Positions 9,579 to 19,625 of a DNA stretch of 64,000 nucleotides are shown here, one piece after another; the stretch's first letter is position 1, and every line of letters begins with the position of its first letter. The notes under the pieces are model-generated. The model ran no database searches. It was not told the DNA's origin and was given only the letters and a program-made list of their open reading frames with translations. The position numbers and the translations under genes were made by a program. Source of the DNA: Promethearchaeia archaeon (lineage in GTDB: Archaea; Asgardarchaeota; Lokiarchaeia; Sigyniarchaeales; SOKP01); contig JAHQWG010000047.1 of assembly GCA_029856045.1 (NCBI GenBank), positions 96,001-160,000 on the forward strand. Reading direction: 5' to 3'.

Positions 9579-11405
9579 TTAAATTTCTTTTTTAATTATA
9601 GGAAGATCAATATAGGAAGCAAACTTCTCATTTCTTTCAATTTTAATTGTTGGTCTACCTTTTGAGGGATAACGATAAAAAGTATCTTTATCATGACCAG
9701 CTATAGCAATTCTAATTCTGTGGTTTTTACGAATAACAACAGAAGTTGCATGTAGTCCAAATTTTAATTCTGCAATCTCACTAGGAGTAAGTGGTTGAGC
9801 ATCTTCCTCATTATATGTATGATATGGTATGAATATTTTATATGGTGGTTTATCTGTTGAAATTTTTCGATGGATAACGCGAAGTTGACCATCAGTAATG
9901 TAAGTTACATTACCTTTTTCATCAATATCTTCTAAATATACATATACAGCATTATCTTCATGAGTTGAAGAAAAATATATGCTAACAATACAATGTCCAG
10001 TAATTTCCAAATCCTCTTCTAATGGTACGCTTGTATAAGTAAGCAATTTTTCATCCATTTTTATTCTATTTTCATAGATTATTGGTAAGCCTAATAAAGT
10101 CCACCAACGATTATTTCTCCCTGTAGTAGCGCTGAAATTTATTTTATAGGAATCTGCACCAGATTTGATTCGAGGTAAAGTTCTTGATAAAGAATTGTTT
10201 TCCGAAAGGTACCATCTTTGCATTTTTTGTCCCTTTGGTGGCCATATAATAGTTTTTTTCCATTTTTCTTCCACCATAGTATAATAATAAAGTGTTTTTC
10301 CTTGTACACTATTACCTTTCACACATTTATCAAAAAAATTAATCCAAGCATTAATACGTTCTCTTGGAGAAGGAGTTACTTTCACTCTTTCAGGAAAAAA
10401 TTGATTTGCGGGATAACCAGCTCCATGATTCCAATCACCTAAAATTGCGATCTGGGGATTATCTAAATTAGCAAATCGATGTATAATTACATCTACATAA
10501 CCAGAATCAAGCCATGAACACCAAGCAAGAATAGGAACTCTTGTTTTTTCAAGCTCTTCTTTATGTGGATAAATACAAGTATCAATGATTTTAGTACCAT
10601 CAGGGAGAGGGTCATCTCTATAGTTTTTATCAAGCGTCATTTCATAAACATATCTATTAGATTTATGTTGATTCAAAGCCCCAATTAAAATTTTTAGGTC
10701 TTTATCCGAATCAACAGGTTTAACTCCTTTTGCAATCAACCAAACTGCAGGAAGTAATTGCTTGAAAACTTTAGGATTATTTTTATCCAAATTTTTTCCT
10801 AAGAAAGACCATATTTCCATAAATTTCCAATCATAACACCCTCCAGGAAAAGCGAGATCTATATATGCATCCCACATAGCATGCCCCGGCATAATAGCCT
10901 TAACAGCAGGATGATTATTTAAAGCAAAAAATTCTGAGCAAATGCCAGGATATGATATTCCATTAGAAACTACATTTCCATCTGACCATGGTTGAGAAAT
11001 AATCCAATCAACAACATCAGCTCCATCTTTGATTTCATCAATATACCAAGGATGTGGTCTTGTACCTTCTGATGCACCAGTTCCTCTCACATCTGTATAA
11101 ACTATTGCATAACCTCGACTTGTATAAATTTCCGGATTAGGTGTAGAGGATATTACATCATCCAAAATCCATCTAAAAGGAATTCGAAGTTCCATTGCTC
11201 TCCAATACCGTGTTTGCACCAATAAGGTAGGTAATTTTTCACTAGAAGACAAACCTTTAGGAAGGCAAATGGTGGCTGCAATTTTTATTCCGTCTCTCAT
11301 TGGGATATAAGTTGAGCTAATTTTATAACCATCGTGATATTTTTTCTCTGGAATTTCACCTAATTCCTTAAAAGGATTATTTTCAATAGCATTAGGATCT
11401 GTCAT
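9579..11405 (-). CDS. CocE/NonD family serine hydrolase (peptidase S15 + PepX_C)
   Basis: IPMRDG, TRYW, DVRGTGASEG, nucleophile GISYPG, GDWNHG. Confidence 0.9.
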   Translation of the reverse strand: MTDPNAIENNPFKELGEIPEKKYHDGYKISSTYIPMRDGIKIAATICLPKGLSSSEKLPTLLVQTRYWRAMELRIPFRWILDDVISSTPNPEIYTSRGYAIVYTDVRGTGASEGTRPHPWYIDEIKDGADVVDWIISQPWSDGNVVSNGISYPGICSEFFALNNHPAVKAIMPGHAMWDAYIDLAFPGGCYDWKFMEIWSFLGKNLDKNNPKVFKQLLPAVWLIAKGVKPVDSDKDLKILIGALNQHKSNRYVYEMTLDKNYRDDPLPDGTKIIDTCIYPHKEELEKTRVPILAWCSWLDSGYVDVIIHRFANLDNPQIAILGDWNHGAGYPANQFFPERVKVTPSPRERINAWINFFDKCVKGNSVQGKTLYYYTMVEEKWKKTIIWPPKGQKMQRWYLSENNSLSRTLPRIKSGADSYKINFSATTGRNNRWWTLLGLPIIYENRIKMDEKLLTYTSVPLEEDLEITGHCIVSIYFSSTHEDNAVYVYLEDIDEKGNVTYITDGQLRVIHRKISTDKPPYKIFIPYHTYNEEDAQPLTPSEIAELKFGLHATSVVIRKNHRIRIAIAGHDKDTFYRYPSKGRPTIKIERNEKFASYIDLPIIKKEI

Positions 11406-11679
11406 TTTTATACCATTTGTTTGATTATAATTTTTTTAATTTTGGTATAATCTTATTCTGTTTTTTAAAAAATATAAATAATTCATAAGAATCATAGTTA
11501 TTAAGTAAATTATCAAAAAACTTAAAATTATTAAAGAAATTTCTGAAATTAATAAATTTTCTCAAATTATAATCACAAAATCAAGAAAATCCTAAGTGAT
11601 ATTTGATTTAAATTTAATAGATTTCTTAACTTTTTTTGATTTTAATTAATCTACTAGTAAATATAAGATAAATTATCCA

Positions 11680-12807
11680 TTAAATTGTTGTTTTCTCTAA
11701 ATTTTTAAGAAATTCTTCTTTAATATCTGCTCCATGACCAGGAGAATCAGGAATAATAATTCTACCATTATCTTTTTCAATATATTCAATTCCCCCTATA
11801 ACAGGGTCCTCTTTATGCATTAAAGCAGAATCTAAGTCAACAAAAATTACATTAGGATTAGCGCTTACAAAGTGAGCCGCTGCAGTTAACCCCAATCGAG
11901 ATTCACCAAAACATCCGATCATACATTTCATTCCACAGCTTTCTGCAATAGTATTTATTTTTAATGCCGTAGAAATTCCTCCCGATTTTCCCAGTTTGAT
12001 ATTTAAATAATCACAAGCTCCCATAGAAGCCAATTTAAATGCATCATGGTGATCGAATACAGATTCATCTGCACAAATTGGAGCTATTTCCATATCTCTT
12101 AATCGACGCATATTTTCATAATCCCAGTATGCAAGAGGTTGCTCAGCATATTCTAGGTTATAAGGTTTCATTGCTTTAAGAACCTCTATAGCCGTTGTTA
12201 AATCCCAACCTTGGTTTGTATCAATTCGAATTGAAATATCTTTACTTATTTCTTCTCTTATTTTCTTAATTAGTTCTATATCCATCCTTTTATTTAATCC
12301 TACTTTCAACTTTATTGCTGAAAAACCCATATCAATAACATTTTTTACTTCATTTATGGCAGTCTCCAGATTTTCTTGAATGCCGATTGTGTAATCTGTG
12401 AAGATATCTCTTTTTTCGCCACCTAATATAACATAAAGAGGAACTCCTGTAGCTTTACCTAAAATATCATAAAGCGCAATATTAAATGCTGATTTAATTT
12501 GAGTTTGTTTAACAACAGTTTGATTAATTTCTTTCATGCGGGTACCTATTGCTAATGGATCTTTACCCTTAATAACTTTAGCTATCAATATTCCTGCTTC
12601 ATAAGCAGTGTTTTGAGTATCACCAGTAATTCTTAATGAGGAACATGCTTCCCCAAGTCCATAAATATCCTTATTTGTATTAATTCGAACCAGCAAATTA
12701 TTTGCTTCATAAATCGTACCTAATGAGATTTTGAACGGAAATTTCATAGGAATATTGAATTTAAAGATTTCAACACTAGTTATTTTTAAAGAATTATTTG
12801 GATTCAT
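11680..12807 (-). CDS. L-Ala-D/L-Glu dipeptide epimerase (enolase superfamily, MLE subgroup)
   Basis: FKISLG, KLKVG, DTNQGW, EQP, ADES, NIKLGK and DLD motifs; ATG at 12807 (ORF open from 12858). Confidence 0.88.
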   Translation of the reverse strand: MNPNNSLKITSVEIFKFNIPMKFPFKISLGTIYEANNLLVRINTNKDIYGLGEACSSLRITGDTQNTAYEAGILIAKVIKGKDPLAIGTRMKEINQTVVKQTQIKSAFNIALYDILGKATGVPLYVILGGEKRDIFTDYTIGIQENLETAINEVKNVIDMGFSAIKLKVGLNKRMDIELIKKIREEISKDISIRIDTNQGWDLTTAIEVLKAMKPYNLEYAEQPLAYWDYENMRRLRDMEIAPICADESVFDHHDAFKLASMGACDYLNIKLGKSGGISTALKINTIAESCGMKCMIGCFGESRLGLTAAAHFVSANPNVIFVDLDSALMHKEDPVIGGIEYIEKDNGRIIIPDSPGHGADIKEEFLKNLEKTTI

Positions 12808-12918
12808 TTTGAATAATAATTCTAGCAATAATTTAATTTTTTTTTCTATCAAAATCAAATAATAAAAAAATATTCCCGACTTACTATTATGTAGGTTATT
12901 TTTTCAAATGTGAGAAAT

Positions 12919-14319
12919 ATGAACGAAAATCAATTTGAGGAATTTGAAGGAAGAATAGTCGAGATAATGAGGGAATTTAAAATTCCTGGTCTTTCCATTG
13001 GAGTTGTAAAAGATGGAAAATCCATATATATTAAAGGATTTGGTGCAAGAAATTTAGAAAAAAACCTTCCTTTTACTCCAGATACTCTGTTTGGAATTGG
13101 GTCCATTTCAAAATCTTTTACGACTTTAGCAGTAATGCAACTCTATGAACAAGAGAAAATTAATATACAAGATCCTGTAGGTATGTATTTAAATTTCAAA
13201 TTAGGAAAAAAGGACAATCCAATAAAGATTTATCATATGTTTTCACATTCTACAGGAATCCCTGAACTTGATGGTAATGAAGTTGCATTATTACGACATT
13301 TAGGAATTTTAGAGCCAATCATTCCTATGAGCAGTTGGGATGACTTTTTGCTTCACATGAATAGTGCAAATACAGAAATATTCGGTTCGCCAGAAAAATA
13401 CTTCTTCTATAATAATGATATGTTTACATGCCTTGGATTGATTGTTGAAAAAATTACAAATATGAAATTCGAAGATTATATGAAAGAAAATATTCTAAAA
13501 CCGCTTGAAATGAATAGATCAACCTATTTAAAGCAGGATTTTGAAAAAGATGATGATGTTTTAACTGGATACCTCCCCTCTAATGAAAAGAAACTCGTTA
13601 AAGATGCTATGCATCCATTTGATAAGATTGTATATGCACCCGGAGGGTTATTAAGCTCAGTAAGTGAAATGCAAAATTATATTATTGCTCTAATTAATGG
13701 CGGAAAGTTTAACCAATCACAAATCATTCAAAAGTCTTCATTAGAGAAAATGTGGACTCCTTATATAAAAATCCCAGAAGAAACTAGTTATAGCATGGGA
13801 GATTCTTGGTATGGCTATGGTTGGATTATAGAAAAAAACTTTCTTGGACATAAATTATTACAACATGGCGGAAATGTAGGAACATCTACTGCATTTTTAG
13901 CTATCATTCCAAACCAAAAGATTGGTGTTATTATAGGAGCGAATAGTGATGCATCAATTGTTCTAGGATCAATTGCTCGTATTTTTCTTGCAATTCTTTT
14001 AGATAAAGATTTTGATGAAGCTGCTCCATTAATAAAAATTCATAATAAATTAAAATCATTAACAGGAAAATATAAAATCTACAAAGAATTGCAAACTATG
14101 GATATTTCACTTGATAATGGTGTTCTTTTTGCAAAAATTAAAAATCCTATTGAACCTAAACCAAGAAATTTACCTTTAGCTCCTGAGAATTTAGAAGAAT
14201 TAAAATTTTACGTTCCAATTGCATATCCAAATCGAAAAATAAAGGTTCAATTTTTTATTGATGAAGAAACAGATGAGATACACCTAACATTTGATAGGTA
14301 TTATTTTCATAAAATATGA
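12919..14319 (+). CDS. Beta-lactamase-fold serine peptidase, Pab87/CubicO-like (probable D-stereospecific peptidase)
   Basis: SISK (SxxK), YNN (YxN) and HGG; C-terminal beta domain ending FDRYYFHK. Confidence 0.85.
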   Translation: MNENQFEEFEGRIVEIMREFKIPGLSIGVVKDGKSIYIKGFGARNLEKNLPFTPDTLFGIGSISKSFTTLAVMQLYEQEKINIQDPVGMYLNFKLGKKDNPIKIYHMFSHSTGIPELDGNEVALLRHLGILEPIIPMSSWDDFLLHMNSANTEIFGSPEKYFFYNNDMFTCLGLIVEKITNMKFEDYMKENILKPLEMNRSTYLKQDFEKDDDVLTGYLPSNEKKLVKDAMHPFDKIVYAPGGLLSSVSEMQNYIIALINGGKFNQSQIIQKSSLEKMWTPYIKIPEETSYSMGDSWYGYGWIIEKNFLGHKLLQHGGNVGTSTAFLAIIPNQKIGVIIGANSDASIVLGSIARIFLAILLDKDFDEAAPLIKIHNKLKSLTGKYKIYKELQTMDISLDNGVLFAKIKNPIEPKPRNLPLAPENLEELKFYVPIAYPNRKIKVQFFIDEETDEIHLTFDRYYFHKI

Positions 14320-14451
14320 AGGTATAATGATTATTATAACTCTTTTGACTCATCTTTAGGTAAACTTTCATTTACTGGTAAGATAATTTCCAATATTATA
14401 TTAGAAATTGGAAATTGTTATAATTGATAAATTAAAAAGATTAAGTTCAAT

Positions 14452-15765
14452 CTAAATTGGAATTGAGCCCTTATGTCCATTGGGAGTTCCAATACCAAAT
14501 GAGTTAAAAGTCATAAAACTAATGGTTCCCATAGAAAAAAACCCATTTTCATCACGACATATTATGGGTTTATCTCCTAAAATTTTAATCAACTCCTCTT
14601 CTGTTAATTTATTGTCTTCATAAGATTCTAATAGTAATGCCTCTGCATATGATTGCCTTTCTTTTGAATATTGAGGATCCAATAGTGTATCTTGCCAAAA
14701 TGGGTTTAAAAAGGTATTAGTAAATACAATTCTATTAGCTGCATATGTCTTAGTTTGATTATAAGGAAGGGCCTGTACTGCGAGTATTGAACTACTATTT
14801 GCGATTATGTAATTATGACTATATGAGCTTGAATTATTTGGAAAAAGGGTATTATATAACCCCTCTATACTTTTTTCTTTTACCAGACCCTCCCGAACTA
14901 AAACAAAAGTTGGAATCGTATAGGGAGCAACTTCTTTTGTTTGCACCAAATTAACGGTTAATACTAATCCATATTCGTTTTTTCCCATGGGTGAAGTTAG
15001 ACCCCCCCCTAAACGATGGGTAAAAACCAATGGGTCGTTTCCTAACTTATGTAATACAAAAGATTGGAATGAACCCATAGGTTTGATAAGATCCATATTC
15101 TGACCCACAAGAACGCTTCCATCGTTATTTATAGCTCCAAGTGCTGTGCAACCGAAATCAGACATAATTGATAATTCAGCAGGAATGTGTCTACCATATA
15201 AAGCTTCAATAAATACTGATTGAACTAATATATCCGCATAAGAAATCAAAAATCCACCCCCTGCAGTAGCCCCCTCACTCATCCCTAATATTTCTTGTTT
15301 ATAATTTTCCGGGATATAAGAATTATACTCGTTGCATATTTTTTCAATATCAAAATAAGACAATCCAAAAGAACTTGAACATATTAACAATAGAGCTTTC
15401 ATAGCTAAGATTTTATCTGAAAGAGCATAACCTGTTTGATAACCCAAATCATAATGATTGTTTGCTTCTACATACAGATATTTTTGTCCGTTTGAATCAC
15501 ACCATTCCGAATGACCAGAAATGCCTATTCTTAAGAAAGCAAGGCGATTACTAATATTATGAGAAGAAAAAATTATACTTGCACCAATAAATATAATTAA
15601 AACAATTGCTAAAATTTTTTTTACCTTTGCAAATTTTCTTGTAAATTTTAATTCCGCACAAATACCTCTCTTGCTAATTTTACACAATTTTTTGCGAAAT
15701 AAATATATTAGAAAGAATATAACTCCACTTAAAATAAATGTTATTATAATACTAAGCCCCAACAT
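14452..15765 (-). CDS. Peptidase C45 (Ntn-hydrolase), N-terminally membrane-anchored
   Basis: YDLGYQTG, autoproteolytic G|CT, GQNMD and GKNEYGL; two N-terminal hydrophobic segments. Confidence 0.8.
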   Translation of the reverse strand: MLGLSIIITFILSGVIFFLIYLFRKKLCKISKRGICAELKFTRKFAKVKKILAIVLIIFIGASIIFSSHNISNRLAFLRIGISGHSEWCDSNGQKYLYVEANNHYDLGYQTGYALSDKILAMKALLLICSSSFGLSYFDIEKICNEYNSYIPENYKQEILGMSEGATAGGGFLISYADILVQSVFIEALYGRHIPAELSIMSDFGCTALGAINNDGSVLVGQNMDLIKPMGSFQSFVLHKLGNDPLVFTHRLGGGLTSPMGKNEYGLVLTVNLVQTKEVAPYTIPTFVLVREGLVKEKSIEGLYNTLFPNNSSSYSHNYIIANSSSILAVQALPYNQTKTYAANRIVFTNTFLNPFWQDTLLDPQYSKERQSYAEALLLESYEDNKLTEEELIKILGDKPIICRDENGFFSMGTISFMTFNSFGIGTPNGHKGSIPI

Positions 15766-15994
15766 TTATTATACTCCTTTTTGATTTGATTCGATTTTTT
15801 AACTAGCTTATTTATTTTTAAATTCGATTCCCACTGAAATTTCAATAATATGGGTGTTTTCTTTTTATTTACAAGTAATTATAAAAATAGCAATGAAATC
15901 TCCAATTTTTTTCACATAAAGAATTATGAAAAGAAAAAAAGATAATTTGAATTTTTTAAAAATTGGATTTTTTAAGGTATATCATATCTTAGAT

Positions 15995-16297
15995 TTAGGA
16001 AGATTTTACTTTAGTAATTTTTAATTTTATACATGCCTCTGCTTTAACATCCGCTTTTGCAATGATTATTGATAATTTTCCTGATGCGCTAATAGTTAGA
16101 CTTAATTCAATTTCGCTTAATTCATATTTTTCTGATTCAATTTTTAATTTTTTAATAATTTTTTGAATTGTACTTCTTGCTTTCTCAACCGATTCATCAT
16201 CGATTTCAAGGGGTGGTTCTGGTGTTCCTTTAATTGCTAACATTTCTGAAATTTGTTCAGGCCTAATGGCATAAACTTCCCATTTATCACTGCTCAT
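15995..16297 (-). CDS. Pepco/Trypco-like (peptidase co-occurring) small protein
   Basis: C-terminal YELSEIELSLTISASGKLSIIIAKADVKAEACIKLKITK pattern; GAGG SD upstream. Confidence 0.55.
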   Translation of the reverse strand: MSSDKWEVYAIRPEQISEMLAIKGTPEPPLEIDDESVEKARSTIQKIIKKLKIESEKYELSEIELSLTISASGKLSIIIAKADVKAEACIKLKITKVKSS

Positions 16298-16446
16298 TTC
16301 AAACCCTCTTCATTGTTTAATATTTTTATATTGTTTTTAAAGTAATATCAATGAAGAAATTTTTTTAAAATTATTCTTCAATAGTTAATTGCTAGTGAAC
16401 CTTCAATTCATGATTAATTTAAGAAATTTTAAGATAATATAAGAAA

Positions 16447-16521
16447 CGGACCCGGAGGGATTTGAACCCCCGTAAACCACCTTAGGAGGGTGGCGCGAGA
16501 TCCAGGCTTCGCGACGGGTCC
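16447..16521 (-). tRNA. tRNA-Arg(CCT)
   Basis: Acceptor GGACCCG/CGGGTCC+G; D-stem GCGA/TCGC; anticodon arm CCACC-CTCCTAA-GGTGG; T-loop TTCAAAT; CCA not encoded. Confidence 0.93.
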
Positions 16522-16731
16522 TCTTCTATTCACCAAATAAACCTAATATTAATTTGGTATTGCTATAATTATTATAGAAGTTAATTTTTTCTATTAAAAC
16601 CTAATTTTATAACAATTCTTCTTTTTATATATTATTTAAGATCCGTAAATTTACAAAAGGTTTTAATTAGTATAATTTTAAAATAAAATAAGATTAAAAA
16701 TTTTTCTTAAAGAGATAGGTATTTAAAAAGG

Positions 16732-16992
16732 ATGCACAGCCGCCAACAACAGAAACCCCTTGATTTTTTAAGAGGTAGTATTGATAAAGTTATACTAATA
16801 AAGGTTAAAAAAAATAGACTTTTTCGTGCAAAATTGAAGGGTTATGATGAGCACTTAAACCTTTTTTTAGAGGAAGCAACTCAGATATTTGAGTATCAGG
16901 ATGATGATGGGAATATAAGAGAAGAGAATGAAAATCTTGGCCGGATTGTAATAAGAGGAGATAATATCGTATTTTTAAATCTGGCTCAGTAA
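16732..16992 (+). CDS. Sm/Lsm RNA-binding protein (SmAP)
   Basis: Sm1 LKGYDEHLNLFL and Sm2 IVIRGDNIV. Confidence 0.92.
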   Translation: MHSRQQQKPLDFLRGSIDKVILIKVKKNRLFRAKLKGYDEHLNLFLEEATQIFEYQDDDGNIREENENLGRIVIRGDNIVFLNLAQ

Positions 16993-17024
16993 ATTTAAAA
17001 AATATTTTCTGGTTTTAGAAATAG

Positions 17025-18329
17025 ATGAAAATAAGAGCTATTACTATTGGATTACAATTTCCCTTTTATCAGCCTTCAGGAAGTAAAAATTTAGAATCAG
17101 TTTTAGATGTTCAATTTCAATCTTTTAAAGAATTATTAGATGAATTAAAAGAGAGATTTGAAAAAATTGGAATAGAAATACAAACTACAAGGGTTTGTAC
17201 TCAACCATTATATCAAAAAGAAGGAAATCCCTTTTTGAAAGAGAGCTCAAATTTTAATGAGAATTTGAACAATCTTAGAAAAGGAATAGAATTATTAATT
17301 TCCTATTGTAAAAAGGCCAATATTGACTATGTCGCTTGTCTAACTATTTTGGCTGATGAATTTGAGAATTATAATTTAACAGAGCAAAAATTTCTTAAAA
17401 AAGTTCCAAAGATTCTTGAAGACTATGAAAATCTTTTTACTTCTATTCAAGTTGCTTCTCAAAAATATGGAATTAACCTTCTTTCAATAAAAGATTGTGC
17501 GAAAATAATAAAGCAAATACCGCTTAATAAACCATTTAATTCACATAAATTCTGCGTGAATGTTAATGTACCAGAAGATACACCATTTTTCCCTGCTTCT
17601 TATCACTTATCAGATAAACCAAAATTCTCAATAGCATTAGAAATGGCCGATGAAGTTGTATCAACAATAAAACAATCAGATAGCTTAAATGATTTTCAAA
17701 AAAATCTCAAATCTAAATTTGAAGAGATATTTAAGAATATTTCAAATATTTGTGAGAATTGTGAGAAAAAATTCAATATTCAATTTCATGGTATTGATTT
17801 TTCTCCTGCTCCATTTCCTGAAGATTTAAAAAGTATCGGTAAAGTGATCGAAGAAATGGGTATTGAATATTTTGGTGCCCAAGGAACATTTTTTGCCGTT
17901 TATATGATAATGAATATTATCAAATCTTTAAATATTAAAAAAATTGGTTTCTCGGGATTCATGCAGCCAATTCTTGAAGATTCTATTTTATCCAAAAGGT
18001 TGGATGAAGGAAAATATACAATTGATTCATTATTACTTTATTCTGCAACTTGTGGAACCGGACTTGATTGCGTACCATTACAAGGAGATGTAAGTGAGAG
18101 AGAGATTTTTTACATACTATTAGATCTTGCATCTTTAGGCTTATCTTTAGAAAAACCATTAACAGCAAGATTAATGGTAGTTCCTGGCAAAAAAGAGAAC
18201 GAAAAATCTGATTTTGAATCAATTTATTTTTGTAATTCTCAAATGATGAAATTAAAAAGATTAACAAAAGCTCCTTCAAATGATTTATTTGAAAATGCAG
18301 AAAAGATCAAATTCATAAGATTTTTATGA
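17025..18329 (+). CDS. DUF711/UPF0210 (PFL-like fold) protein
   Basis: MKIRAITIG, PFFPA, GIDFSPAP, GFSG, CGTGLDCVP and KPLTARL. Confidence 0.82.
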   Translation: MKIRAITIGLQFPFYQPSGSKNLESVLDVQFQSFKELLDELKERFEKIGIEIQTTRVCTQPLYQKEGNPFLKESSNFNENLNNLRKGIELLISYCKKANIDYVACLTILADEFENYNLTEQKFLKKVPKILEDYENLFTSIQVASQKYGINLLSIKDCAKIIKQIPLNKPFNSHKFCVNVNVPEDTPFFPASYHLSDKPKFSIALEMADEVVSTIKQSDSLNDFQKNLKSKFEEIFKNISNICENCEKKFNIQFHGIDFSPAPFPEDLKSIGKVIEEMGIEYFGAQGTFFAVYMIMNIIKSLNIKKIGFSGFMQPILEDSILSKRLDEGKYTIDSLLLYSATCGTGLDCVPLQGDVSEREIFYILLDLASLGLSLEKPLTARLMVVPGKKENEKSDFESIYFCNSQMMKLKRLTKAPSNDLFENAEKIKFIRFL

Positions 18330-18361
18330 AGGTTAAAAATACATATACTTTATAATTGTAG

Positions 18362-19120
18362 GTGGAAATTTCTATGGAATCATTTGAGCAATTTTATGAC
18401 AGTCAAACATTAAAACCCAATTTTAAATATGCTCATTTAATTTTATCTCTATTTTTATTTAATGAATACCCAGGAGGGTTTGGTAGATACAGATTAGAAC
18501 AAGAACTATTAATCTCCTCGGGAATGGCAAAATCTATCTTTAATAAATTAAAAAAATTTGATATGATACAATCTAAATCTCAAAGGAAAGGGCATGAGCT
18601 AACCAAAAAAGGAAATGAGATCTTAAAGAAAATAAAGGAACAAATTGTTTGCATTAAGAAAGGAAGTAAAATTTTATCAAAAATGGCATTTGGTGAAAGT
18701 TTTTATATAGCTCAAATAAAGGATGTTTTCAATAAAATAACTGATGGAATGGCACAGAGAGACGCAACAATAAAAATTAAAGAAATAGTTGATGGTTTAA
18801 AAATTAAGATTGAAGATTATAATTTCACGATTAAAGTAAATAATATTGGAGCTACTTGTTTAATATATGAGAACAATCAAATTAAATTACCAGGATTCAA
18901 AGAGAAATCAAATTTCATCTATGATTTTTCTATCAATAAGGATATTCTAGATTATTTATATAAAGAATTAAACCTTCAGAATAAAGATACTATTGTTATT
19001 GGAGGAGCAAGCATAGAAATTAAAGAAAATAAGGGAAAAGAACAAAAAGAGATAATAGAAGAAAGAATTGCGAGATTAGTTGCAACAAATTCTGCATTAA
19101 GCTTTTTTAATATGGATTAA
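18362..19120 (+). CDS. wHTH protein, DUF2111/DUF4443-like
   Basis: N-terminal GRYRL...GHELTKKG wHTH; QRDA and GAT motifs. Confidence 0.6.
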   Translation: MEISMESFEQFYDSQTLKPNFKYAHLILSLFLFNEYPGGFGRYRLEQELLISSGMAKSIFNKLKKFDMIQSKSQRKGHELTKKGNEILKKIKEQIVCIKKGSKILSKMAFGESFYIAQIKDVFNKITDGMAQRDATIKIKEIVDGLKIKIEDYNFTIKVNNIGATCLIYENNQIKLPGFKEKSNFIYDFSINKDILDYLYKELNLQNKDTIVIGGASIEIKENKGKEQKEIIEERIARLVATNSALSFFNMD

Positions 19121-19145
19121 ATCACACTAAGATTATATAGATAAA

Positions 19146-19625
19146 ATGAAATTCGAAAAAAATATTGAAATAATTATTCCAGAGAACATTTTTTTTCAAT
19201 TACAGGAATGTTCAAGGAACGCTTCACCAAATGAAGCATGTGGTTTGATTTTTGGAGATATTCAAGAGTTAAAAAATAAAGAGGGATATCAATACATCTA
19301 TTCTGCGAAAAAATTTGAGTGTATAAAATCATCAAAACCTTCTCCAGTTGCTTTTTTAATGGATAATTTGGAAAAATTTAAAGAGATTTTTGAAAGAGCA
19401 TCAAAAAAATTTAGTTTGAGATTAATTAGCATTTTTCATTCTCATCCAGGTTCTGCAATGCCAAGTGGAGTTGATTATAATTATATGAGAATGCTTTATG
19501 ATTGGGGAGATCTAAGATTTAAACATCAAATTTGGACAATTATTGATGGAAAAAAGAAAAAATTGAATGGATTCTTATTTTTAAAAGAAGGTATAATTCA
19601 AATAGATGTAAAGATTCAAAAATAA
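19146..19625 (+). CDS. JAB1/MPN+/JAMM metalloprotease
   Basis: EACG, HSHP and PSGVD (E...HxH-x7-S-x2-D). Confidence 0.88.
   Translation: MKFEKNIEIIIPENIFFQLQECSRNASPNEACGLIFGDIQELKNKEGYQYIYSAKKFECIKSSKPSPVAFLMDNLEKFKEIFERASKKFSLRLISIFHSHPGSAMPSGVDYNYMRMLYDWGDLRFKHQIWTIIDGKKKKLNGFLFLKEGIIQIDVKIQK

Noticed and set aside
12919-14319. Beta-lactam resistance gene
   Set aside because: SxxK/YxN/HGG with a C-terminal extension fits the Pab87-like peptidase branch; no signal peptide; the host has no murein target.
15808-15916. Short minus-strand frame VKKIGDFIAIFIITCK*KENTHIIEISVGIEFKNK as a pseudogene
   Set aside because: Too short, and no recognisable family motif.
15770-16521. Integrated element at tRNA-Arg or tRNA-Pro
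   Set aside because: No integrase or transposase, and I found no duplicated tRNA 3' end (att site) in the window by eye.
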